This document shows, piece by piece, positions 42,808 through 51,261 of a stretch of DNA of 64,000 nt; the stretch's first letter is position 1; every line of letters starts with the position of its first letter. Position numbers and translations under genes: made by a program. This stretch comes from a bacterium. Lineage in GTDB: Bacteria > Electryoneota > Electryoneia > Electryoneales > Electryoneaceae. Location: contig OY769902.1 of NCBI GenBank assembly GCA_963669175.1, forward strand, positions 5,344,001 through 5,408,000. Direction: 5' to 3'. The notes under the pieces are model-generated. The model saw only the letters and a program-made list of their open reading frames with translations, made no database searches and was not told the DNA's origin.

Positions 42808-44058
42808 TTACTCTTCCGTTATCGTCCCATCATTGTAGGTGCAGGTATGCTGCCATACGTATTCTCCACCCTCTTCGACCAGGGTCCAGAAGAAGTAGGC
42901 ACCGGAATCGCGATCGCCATTTGCGTCAAGGGTCATCGCACCGGTCAGACCGTTCATGGAAGCCGCTTCTGTTTCCAGCGCTGTCCTGAGCGTAGAAATG
43001 GAGGCATCCTCCCCGGCATTAAACTTGGCATGGACAGCCATGCACATGGCATCATAGGAAAGCATGGCATAGGCATCCGGTTCAACTCCGACTGCTTCGA
43101 TAAAACGATCGGTAAAGGCTGCTGTTTCAGTGGTTTCCGTTACACCGTACAAGGGCGCCATGAATCCCAGCTCGATCGCGCAGGAGCAGGCTTCGGCCCA
43201 TTCCAGCACGTTACTGTTCAACGCCAGGCCATCACTGCCATACCACTGAACCTGGCTCAGGAAATCGTCTTCCACAGCAATCGGGAAGAATGCAGCGCCA
43301 TCTTCAAAGCAGGTCAACTGGATTGCGCATTGTTCCGGGGTGGCATTTACACCGGAAAAGGCTGCCTTGGCTGAATCAACCGCTTCAGCAATCGAGGTTG
43401 AACGGTAGGGCATATAGTAAATCCGGCCGAGGTAGTCACCGCCCTTGGCTTCAAATGCCGCTCCAACCAACTGGGACAGGGAATCACCCCAGGAATCGGG
43501 GGCGTAGATGTTGTACAGGACACGTACGCCATTTTCCCACATCACATCCGCCAGGGCATCCGCCATCATGTTGTCACCGGTCACCAGGCGATAGATGTTA
43601 TCATCCGGCAGGGCCATGGTCGGGCTGGTGGAAGAGGGGCTGAGTACGAGGGCATCCGAAATGCAATCCTCGCCAGCCACTGCTTCTACTTCCGTACTGG
43701 TCATGGGACCAAGAAAGATATCAACATCGAAGTTGTTGACAAAGGTACGGAACAGCGCGGAGGCGCCATCGGCCGTGGTTTCCGTATCCCCGGAATACAA
43801 CACAACTTCATAATTCTCACCATCATCTTCAAACGCCTGGTTCAGATCTTCCACGGCGAGCTCAACCGCGGTATTCATCATGACACCGCCGGAAGGGTAC
43901 GCGCCGGATTCCGGGCTCAACACTCCGATTGCGATCTCGGTTTTCTCCGTCGGTGTGACCACATCGTCATCATCGTCGTCATCTGAACAGGCGACAAACA
44001 ATACACTGAAAGCCAGACTGCAACACAACAACACAAGTACCAATCGGTGCAACTTCAT
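42808..44058 (-). CDS. ABC substrate-binding lipoprotein, LivJ/PBP1 (branched-chain amino acid) family
   Basis: Lipobox FVAC; IAIGVLSPESG, GPMTS, SPSST, YAMLSYDA, GLTGAMTLDANGDR. Confidence 0.85.
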   Translation of the reverse strand: MKLHRLVLVLLCCSLAFSVLFVACSDDDDDDDVVTPTEKTEIAIGVLSPESGAYPSGGVMMNTAVELAVEDLNQAFEDDGENYEVVLYSGDTETTADGASALFRTFVNNFDVDIFLGPMTSTEVEAVAGEDCISDALVLSPSSTSPTMALPDDNIYRLVTGDNMMADALADVMWENGVRVLYNIYAPDSWGDSLSQLVGAAFEAKGGDYLGRIYYMPYRSTSIAEAVDSAKAAFSGVNATPEQCAIQLTCFEDGAAFFPIAVEDDFLSQVQWYGSDGLALNSNVLEWAEACSCAIELGFMAPLYGVTETTETAAFTDRFIEAVGVEPDAYAMLSYDAMCMAVHAKFNAGEDASISTLRTALETEAASMNGLTGAMTLDANGDRDSGAYFFWTLVEEGGEYVWQHTCTYNDGTITEE

Positions 44059-44106
44059 CTTCTCCCCCTGTATGTAGTGATCTGTTTCAGGTTTCACTGA
44101 TCCAGG

Positions 44107-44688
44107 TTATCTATTCTGCGAAACCGGCCCACGCTCTTTCACCTCTGCCTGTTTTGGCTGCCAGTTTGCCGCGACAGCGGGATCGGCATCATGGTCGTAT
44201 ATATAGCCATAGATCAATTCAGCGTCAATTACATTTCCATAGCCATTGTCAAACATCCAGACGGCGTCAAGATCAGTTTCATTGGTGAATGTCATGCTGT
44301 AGCTAATGGATTCATATCGGCCGTATTGATAATCAGTCAGGACAACCATCTGCTCGTTTTCCCTGTCATAGACAGCAAACAATTCACCTGTTCGTTCCTC
44401 TCCATATACTTCAGCATACAATCTGCCAGAGTACAGAATTCGGGCGTTTAAGTTGCTGTCAACATTCAACTGGATCAGCCAGCCATCGCCATCTTCAATG
44501 ACGGCGTCGTAATCCTCATTGTTGGGATCATCCAGCTCGCCATATGGCATATTGCTGGAAGCGCCGACAAGGTTAGCCATGTAATCCGATTCAGCCTCTG
44601 CTTCCTGGTCATCGTTGCCGTTGTCGCTGCAACCGAGCAGCAAAGCCACCCCCAAGCTCAGTGTAACAAATACCAGGGATCGTTTCAT
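44107..44688 (-). CDS. Lipoprotein, paralog 3 of tandem family
   Basis: Lipobox LLGC; shares DYMANLVGASSNMP..ELDDPNNE..DGWLIQLN and HDADPAVAANWQPKQA..RGP with its neighbours. Confidence 0.8.
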   Translation of the reverse strand: MKRSLVFVTLSLGVALLLGCSDNGNDDQEAEAESDYMANLVGASSNMPYGELDDPNNEDYDAVIEDGDGWLIQLNVDSNLNARILYSGRLYAEVYGEERTGELFAVYDRENEQMVVLTDYQYGRYESISYSMTFTNETDLDAVWMFDNGYGNVIDAELIYGYIYDHDADPAVAANWQPKQAEVKERGPVSQNR

Positions 44689-44715
44689 GATGTACTCCTC
44701 TATGAAAATGTTCGT

Positions 44716-45288
44716 TTACTTGTTTTCAACCAACGGCCCACGATCTTTGCTTTTCGCCTGTTTTGGCTGCCAGTTTGCCGCAACTTCCGGATCGGCATGA
44801 TGGTCACCCAAACTGCCTTGAATTAACGTACCGGTGATATTGATTCCATTATAGGTATCAACTTGAAAATGACCGGTGAGAGTGGTGTCCCCGGTGAAAA
44901 CAAACGCATAACTTATGGGATTATGGTTGACAGTCTGAAAAACAGAGAGAAGTCCCTCTCTACGGCTAAAACAACCGATAATATCAATCGTTTGTTCACC
45001 CCAACAGTCGTTTATATAAATTCTTCCTTCATAAACCATAACCTCATAACGGTCACAAGTTACATTCAATTGAATAAGCCAGCCATCTGGATCTTCAATT
45101 ACAACAGCATAGTTCTCATTATTTGGATCATCCAGCTCATCGGTAGGCATATTGCTGGAAGCGCCGACAAGATTAGCCATGTAATCTGATTCGGCCTCTG
45201 TTTCCCGGTCATCGTTGCCATTGTCACTGCAACCTGTCAGCAGCGCCAGCCCTAAGATCATTAGGATGAGTATCAGGATTCGTTTCAT
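44716..45288 (-). CDS. Lipoprotein, paralog 2 of tandem family
   Basis: Lipobox LTGC; same conserved N- and C-terminal blocks; RBS GAGGAG. Confidence 0.8.
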   Translation of the reverse strand: MKRILILILMILGLALLTGCSDNGNDDRETEAESDYMANLVGASSNMPTDELDDPNNENYAVVIEDPDGWLIQLNVTCDRYEVMVYEGRIYINDCWGEQTIDIIGCFSRREGLLSVFQTVNHNPISYAFVFTGDTTLTGHFQVDTYNGINITGTLIQGSLGDHHADPEVAANWQPKQAKSKDRGPLVENK

Positions 45289-45311
45289 GAAAAACTCCTC
45301 TGTATGAGGGT

Positions 45312-45896
45312 TCAACTGCTGGTTTCCTGAATCGGCCCGCGATCCTTTATCTTGACAGGTTGCCGCACAGGTCCGTCTAAATACATCACTGCCTCGTGAT
45401 TTCCTATGCTTCCATAAAACACATTCATTGCAACCGTTTCCCCGTGACCATTATCCGTATACATCCAAACGGCTTCAATATCATCATTGTTAAAGTTGAT
45501 CGAATAGGATACTGCGGTATGACTGAAGATGTTGATTTCTCCATAGAATGTCAGCATATCCAACAGAGTCGAATACACTGCATAAGCGCTGCCTGCATCA
45601 CCACAATGGGCATCATCGATATAAATACGGCCGGTGTAATATTGAACACTTATGCCATCAATTGTCTGATTCAGCTCCAACAACCAACCGTCTTCATCCT
45701 GAAGAACCACATCATAATCTTCGACGTGTGGATCATCAAGTTCACCAAAGGGCAAGTTTTCGGAGGCTCCCACAAGGTTTGCCAGAAAACCATCTGTTTC
45801 TTCACTATAAGTGGCATCATCGCGGCTGTTCGTGCTGCATCCAGCAAACAGGAAAACGCAGATAACGGCAAAAAAGGCAATGGTTTCTTTCAGCAT
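45312..45896 (-). CDS. Lipoprotein, paralog 1 of tandem family
   Basis: Lipobox FAGC; ANLVGASENLPFGELDDP..DGWLLELN; C-terminal KDRGP. Confidence 0.8.
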   Translation of the reverse strand: MLKETIAFFAVICVFLFAGCSTNSRDDATYSEETDGFLANLVGASENLPFGELDDPHVEDYDVVLQDEDGWLLELNQTIDGISVQYYTGRIYIDDAHCGDAGSAYAVYSTLLDMLTFYGEINIFSHTAVSYSINFNNDDIEAVWMYTDNGHGETVAMNVFYGSIGNHEAVMYLDGPVRQPVKIKDRGPIQETSS

Positions 45897-46040
45897 AGTT
45901 CCCCCAAGTATTACTCTTCTCTTCTTCAGTTGCCACTCAAGTAACCTCTTTTCCTGCATTCATTTGCCATATCCAGCACATATCCAACAGGCAAATGGTG
46001 AGTACTGGATTGAATTGGACGAGAGAAATGTATAGTTACT

Positions 46041-46165
46041 CTCGATTTTATTCCGTCATAATGGAGATTGCCGGGAAAAGGGGACGGGATCCTTTTCCTC
46101 TCGCTCTTACGGAATACTCTTGAAGCATTCATGGAAAAGGGAACTGTCCCCTTTTTCCATATCCT
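46041..46165. repeat. Dispersed repeat, copy 2 of the 36813 element
   Basis: Near-identical first 60 bp and GGAAAAGGGAACTGTCCCCTTTTTCCATATCCT. Confidence 0.75.
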
Positions 46166-46727
46166 CCCCCCTGTCACAAAAAATCGTACGTTGGATACGA
46201 TCATGACGGTTTATTCTCAAGAGTAGCCATATAACCTCACTGGCGCAACATCAAGTTGTATCATAATCAGGTTTTCCTATAAATAGAAAGGTATTCTATT
46301 CTTGCCGTGATAAACGTGACATGCGTCATTTAATGAACATCCCATCTAAAAGTAAGCCTGCAATAAATTCTTCCGGTCATCACCTCATACCTCTGACAAG
46401 GTGTCTTGTGGACTTGAATGGCGAGAACTGGTATTTCAAAATTATACCACTGGTTTTGCAAACAGCGTGTTAGGTTAAACTCCACTCATGCTAAGCGACT
46501 TGAAGTCCTGCTTCCAGGTTAGGAGAGCTTTACGTTTCACAAATGTCTTTTTTGTAACACTTCCCCTGAAATATGTTATTAGTGGTGGGTTTCCCTTGCT
46601 TTTTTGATAACCATATCGTTGCTTTAAGGATGTGGTTTTCCGTGTAACTGGAAACCCGGAACGGGATTAAAGGCACTATCGTCGTTCGGATCAGGTTTTA
46701 CTTTCGGAAAACAAGTGCAGAACTACT

Positions 46728-46745
46728 TTGTGATTCCTTTCGCAA
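46728..46745 (+). promoter_or_regulatory. Rex/CRP-like palindrome upstream of the porin-cytochrome operon
   Basis: TTGTGA-TTCCTT-TCGCAA, 28 bp before ATG 46774. Confidence 0.4.
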
Positions 46746-46773
46746 ACTGTTTGGCAGGCACCAGGGAGGGACC

Positions 46774-48024
46774 ATGTCAGTAACCTCAACCCGTCGGCTT
46801 TTCGCAGTCGTACTGGTGACGTTATTGCTTCTTTCGCTTTCTGTCCCGGTATGGGCGGACGGGTGGCGGATTAAAGGCAGTGTCGGCGCTAAAGCCTACG
46901 GCTACACGGACGCCGATGAGACTGAACACCTATGGCTGATGAACACGACAACCCTGACTGTTCAGAAAAAGGGATTCCCGCTGCAACTTCACATGGCGGG
47001 CAACTACCTTGGCGACAACGGGGATGACTTCAGCGAAAGCTCGAAGGGACGATTGCTGAAGGGGTACCTGCAATACGGTTGCCCGTATGACATGACTTAC
47101 GCTCGTGCGGGTCGTTTCTTCCTGTGGCGTGGTGTCGGCTTCGGCGTTGTAGACGGTCTTGAAGTCAGCCAGGTCATCGGCAAGAATGTCCGTGCTACGG
47201 TATACGGCGGCCTGATGGGCCCGATGAACCGTCAGTTCGAACTGGAAGACAGCGAAGACGCCCAGGCGTTCGGCGGGGAAGTGAAAATCCGCCCATCCAA
47301 ATGCTTCATCGCGGACGAAGGGCTGGCCGCGTTGTCCTATACGCACCAGACTCGTGGCGACGAGGTCATCCGCAACCGTGTCGGTTTGCAGACTATTCAC
47401 AAATGGGGCCACAAGCTGACCTGGATGAACATCCTGCACATGCGCCTCGAAGGCGATGCCCTGCGCAAGTACCAGTCACGTTTGAAATACCATTCCGACA
47501 CCTGGTTCGGCCATGTCGAGGCTGGTGTCGCCAACCCGGATGTGGCAGACTATTCCCTGTACGCCGATTTCCTGCACTCCTATGGCCGCGCACGTTTTTC
47601 GCTCAACCGCTGGTTCGTAGAGAACAAGTGGGGCGCGGGTATTGACGGTGGCGCGTTATTGGTAAGCAATGGCAACGGCTTCCGTGTCGGCCCGGTTGTC
47701 ACCACTCCTTACGGTGAAGTCGGCTACCGTGCAGATTTCGGTGATCGATCCAACTCCAGCGGTCCCTGGGTCAGCCTGCGCTATTCGGTCATGCGTGACC
47801 TGCACCTGTACGCCAACGGTTCCATGGTCACCTACGAATGGGAAGAGATGGACATGGAATCGGAAGACCTGGTCATGGCCAATGCCGGTGCACGATATGT
47901 AGTAGGCCAGACCGGCCTGATCGCGTTCGGTGAATTCCAGGTCTATAAAACCCCGCAATTCACCCAGGACAGGCGAGGGTTGCTGGGCTTCAACTGGCGT
48001 TTTGACACCCGGAGGGCAAAGTGA
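46774..48024 (+). CDS. Outer-membrane porin-like beta-barrel of a porin-cytochrome cluster
   Basis: Signal peptide (VWA-D); amphipathic beta strands throughout; ARAGRFF..VDG; terminal strand GLLGFNWRF; overlaps the multiheme cytochrome gene. Confidence 0.75.
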   Translation: MSVTSTRRLFAVVLVTLLLLSLSVPVWADGWRIKGSVGAKAYGYTDADETEHLWLMNTTTLTVQKKGFPLQLHMAGNYLGDNGDDFSESSKGRLLKGYLQYGCPYDMTYARAGRFFLWRGVGFGVVDGLEVSQVIGKNVRATVYGGLMGPMNRQFELEDSEDAQAFGGEVKIRPSKCFIADEGLAALSYTHQTRGDEVIRNRVGLQTIHKWGHKLTWMNILHMRLEGDALRKYQSRLKYHSDTWFGHVEAGVANPDVADYSLYADFLHSYGRARFSLNRWFVENKWGAGIDGGALLVSNGNGFRVGPVVTTPYGEVGYRADFGDRSNSSGPWVSLRYSVMRDLHLYANGSMVTYEWEEMDMESEDLVMANAGARYVVGQTGLIAFGEFQVYKTPQFTQDRRGLLGFNWRFDTRRAK

Positions 48025-48863
48025 TGAAGCGTACGAGATCGCGTTACCTGATCGCTTTGAGCGTACTGGCCCTCGCGTTGGCGCTTGTCCTTGGCGCCAG
48101 TTCCGGCGAAAAAGCGTTTAACTTCAGTCATGGCCTGCATGTGGCGGAAGCAGAGATGGCGTGTGAAGATTGTCACGACCTTACCGCTGAATCCGCAATG
48201 CCCAACCATGAGAATTGCGGCATGTGCCACGATGTGGAAGATATGGATGGTTGCGGCATGTGCCATGTGGATGTGGACAACCTCGAAGCGATCAAGTTCG
48301 TTTCCTGGTATCCCACGTTCGCGCACGACCGTCATGCGGAGTACAGTTGCGATCAGTGCCACGGCGCCCTGACCGACATGGAACAGGAAGTCACCCGTCC
48401 CCTGATCTGCGACTGCCAGACCTGTCACGAAGGTGTACAGCCTCTCCCGGCGGATCACCGTATGGGCGACTGGGTTGCCGACCACAGCATGGAAGCCTCG
48501 ATTTCCAATAGCGCATGCGTGATCTGCCATTCCCAGGAAAGTTGCGATGACTGCCACCAGGGAACGGCCGTGTACGGCAGCGGCATGAGCCCTCACGGAC
48601 CGTCCTGGTTGCTCGATCATGGGTTTGAAGCCTCTTTCGGCGGCAACTGCCTGACCTGCCACGAGGACAACAGCTACTGTGTGGATTGCCACCGTAATTC
48701 AGTCCGCACACCGCACGAGCTGGGACCGACCTATGCCAACGGAACCAACGGCGGGTTGCATGTCGATGAAGCCAGGGCATTTCCGGAAACCTGTATCATT
48801 TGCCATGATACCGGGCTGGAAGAGCCAGTATGTGCAACTTGTCATACTGCCATCGGAGGGTGA
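48021..48863 (+). CDS. Periplasmic multiheme cytochrome c, 11 CxxCH
   Basis: CEDCH, CGMCH x2, CDQCH, CQTCH, CVICH, CDDCH, CLTCH, CVDCH, CIICH, CATCH; FNFSH and FAHDRH c3-like motifs; signal peptide. Confidence 0.92.
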   Translation: MMKRTRSRYLIALSVLALALALVLGASSGEKAFNFSHGLHVAEAEMACEDCHDLTAESAMPNHENCGMCHDVEDMDGCGMCHVDVDNLEAIKFVSWYPTFAHDRHAEYSCDQCHGALTDMEQEVTRPLICDCQTCHEGVQPLPADHRMGDWVADHSMEASISNSACVICHSQESCDDCHQGTAVYGSGMSPHGPSWLLDHGFEASFGGNCLTCHEDNSYCVDCHRNSVRTPHELGPTYANGTNGGLHVDEARAFPETCIICHDTGLEEPVCATCHTAIGG

Positions 48864-48865
48864 AC

Positions 48866-49870
48866 ATGAAAACGAAAAGATTGCTGATTCCACTGTTCGT
48901 CCTGGTCCTGATGGCAAGCGTTATTCTGCTTTCCGGCTGTGAAGCGGAAGTGGATGAGGACTGGACCGGCTTTGCGCCAAGCGCGTTGCATCCATTTGAA
49001 AACCCGCCAACCGCCAACCACGGCGAATACATGGTACAGGCGGATTATCCGTTTGATGAATGCACGGAATGCCACGGAACCGCGTGGGATGGTGTGGATC
49101 TGGAAGATGGCAACGGCAAGATTCGTAGCTGTTACACCTGTCATTCGTCCACCCCGCATATGGGCGCCGGACTGACCAACTACGCCCAACATGCCAGTTT
49201 CCTGCTGGAAAACAACTATCCGTTCGATGATTGCCTGGTCTGTCATACCCATTACGCGATGGACAGCCAGCAGACTTTCGCCCAGAGTTGTGCGTCAGCC
49301 GGATGCCATGATTACGGCCAGCCGGACCTTTACGACTGTAACAATTGTCACGGCGACCGTACCCTGAACCCGAACGATATCACGTTGAACGATACAGCGC
49401 CACCGACTGACCTTTCCGGGAATACGGTTAAGACGGAGATGGGCGTGGGCGCGCATCAGGCTCACCTGGCAACCGGGGACCAATTCGCTGACGTTCCCTG
49501 CGCGGCATGCCATATTGTGCCCCTGATCTGGAACGCGGGCGGACACCTGGATGGCGACAATATCGCGGATGTAACCTTCCGTGAATATGCCGACGAGGAG
49601 TGGTATTACAACGCCGGTGAAACACCGACATGGGATCGCAACGCTGGTACTTGTTCCGCCACGTATTGCCACGGCAACCAGGTCCCGGTCTGGAACGATC
49701 CAACTTCAGGCGGCGGCTGCGGTACCTGTCATGATCTGCCACCGGCCAACCATGCGGATGATTACGCGATTAACGAGTGCTACATGTGCCACGGTTCCGT
49801 GATCAACGAGAACGGCCAGATTTACGCAGGCGAGTTGCACGTGAACGGAACCGTCAACTATAACGAGTAA
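48866..49870 (+). CDS. Lipoprotein multiheme cytochrome c (7 CxxCH + 2 CxxxxCH)
   Basis: Lipobox LSGC; CTECH, CYTCH, CLVCH, CASAGCH, CNNCH, CAACH, CSATYCH, CGTCH, CYMCH; VGAHQAH..CSATYCHG..W..CGTCH..PP..H is the Geobacter-type CxxxxCH/CxxCH domain. Confidence 0.9.
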   Translation: MKTKRLLIPLFVLVLMASVILLSGCEAEVDEDWTGFAPSALHPFENPPTANHGEYMVQADYPFDECTECHGTAWDGVDLEDGNGKIRSCYTCHSSTPHMGAGLTNYAQHASFLLENNYPFDDCLVCHTHYAMDSQQTFAQSCASAGCHDYGQPDLYDCNNCHGDRTLNPNDITLNDTAPPTDLSGNTVKTEMGVGAHQAHLATGDQFADVPCAACHIVPLIWNAGGHLDGDNIADVTFREYADEEWYYNAGETPTWDRNAGTCSATYCHGNQVPVWNDPTSGGGCGTCHDLPPANHADDYAINECYMCHGSVINENGQIYAGELHVNGTVNYNE

Positions 49871-49887
49871 CAGGGGATTCACCGGAG

Positions 49888-50532
49888 CCATCTGAAGTTC
49901 TGTCAGGTCTTGCGCACACGGTTTTCGTGCGTGTGACCATCTGAAGTTCTGTCAGGTCTTGCGCACACGGTTTTTGTGCGTGTGACCATCTGAAGTTCTG
50001 TCAGGTCTTGCGCACACGGTTTTCGTGCGTGTGACCATCTGAAGTTCTGTCAGGTCTTGCGCACACGGTTTTTGTGCGTGTGACCATCTGAAGTTCTGTC
50101 AGGTCTTGCGCACATGGTTTTCGTGCGTGTGACCATCTGAAGTTCTGTCAGGTCTTGCGCACACGGTTTTTGTGCGTGTGACCATCTGAAGTTCTGTCAG
50201 GTCTTGCGCACACGGTTTTTGTGCGTGTGACCATCTGAAGTTCTGTCAGGTCTTGCGCATACGGTTTTTGTGCGTGTGACCATCTGAAGTTCTGTCAGGT
50301 CTTGCGCACATGGTTTTCGTGCGTGTGACCATCTGAAGTTCTGTCAGGTCTTGCGCACACGGTTTTCGCGCGTGTGACCATCTGAAGTTCTGTCAGGTCT
50401 TGCGCACATGGTTTTCGTGCGTGTGACCATCTGAAGTTCTGTCAGGTCTTGCGCACACGGTTTTCGCGCGTGTGACCATCTGAAGTTCTGTCAGGTCTTG
50501 CGCACACGGTTTTTGTGCGTGTGACCTGACAG
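49888..50532. repeat. 49-bp tandem array of REP-like hairpins, 13 copies
   Basis: Unit CCATCTGAAGTTCTGTCAGGTCTTGCGCACACGGTTTTCGTGCGTGTGA; only C/T variants; the last copy closes as CTGTCAGGTC..GACCTGACAG. Confidence 0.95.
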
Positions 50533-50675
50533 TGAGAATGGAAGTATTCTATCGTGGTTATCAGAGCCATGTGAACATCGGAACAAGGGCTCAAGCATCT
50601 AACAGTACAAACAGGGAAAAACCATACTGACCAACGATATGAGTCGTTGAAACGTCGAACGAAAGGGGAAGGACC

Positions 50676-51164
50676 ATGCTGAAACGGATACTCGTCGCCG
50701 GCTTGACGCTGGGACTGGTCGCGTTTGTGGCAATGGCGGGCAATGGCCACGAATATCAGGGCCTGAAGAAGTGCGGGATGTGCCACAAGGGCGAAAAGAA
50801 AGGCAACATCCTGGAAGGCTGGGAAGCAGGCCCCCATGCGAAAGCCTACCAGACACTCGTGGACGCCGGCGAGCAGGAAAACGCGGAATGCTTGCGTTGC
50901 CACGTGACCGGCTATGGTGAAGACGCTGCATTGACCGCCAAGCTGGACGTCACAGAAGGTGTAACCTGTGAAGCGTGCCACGGCGCCGGCGCGGACTACG
51001 GCAAGATGAGCACCATGAAAGACCATGATGCAGCCGTAGCGGCAGGACTGGTCGCCAACCCGAAAGAGCATTGCACCGACTGCCACAATCCCGACAGCCC
51101 GACTTACAAGGAATTCCACCTCGAAGAACGCTGGGAAGAAATCAAGCACAGCATTCCGGAATAA
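50676..51164 (+). CDS. Tetraheme cytochrome c, c554-like family
   Basis: Signal peptide; CGMCH, W..GPHAKAY, CLRCHVTG, EGVTCEACHG.G, CTDCH. Confidence 0.9.
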   Translation: MLKRILVAGLTLGLVAFVAMAGNGHEYQGLKKCGMCHKGEKKGNILEGWEAGPHAKAYQTLVDAGEQENAECLRCHVTGYGEDAALTAKLDVTEGVTCEACHGAGADYGKMSTMKDHDAAVAAGLVANPKEHCTDCHNPDSPTYKEFHLEERWEEIKHSIPE

Positions 51165-51203
51165 GGCGGATTTTCGGTGTAAACTTGTTGAGTGTTTTGT
51201 AAA

Positions 51204-51237
51204 GAAGCCCGGACAGAATGACTTGTCCGGGCTTTTG
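51204..51237. terminator. Bidirectional intrinsic terminator
   Basis: AAGCCCGGACA-GAATGACT-TGTCCGGGCTTTT between convergent genes. Confidence 0.75.
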
Positions 51238-51261
51238 ATGTTTCACTTTTGGACAGCTTCC

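Noticed and set aside
46200-46773. Cyclic-dinucleotide (GEMM-I) riboswitch before the cytochrome operon
   Set aside because: The GGCAAA..GAAA..GACGCAAAGC core is not present.
49888-50532. CRISPR array
   Set aside because: Units are contiguous and near-identical with no unique spacers, and there are no cas genes in the window.
50442-51149. 235-aa minus-strand ORF
   Set aside because: Antisense shadow of the tetraheme cytochrome running into the 49-bp array.
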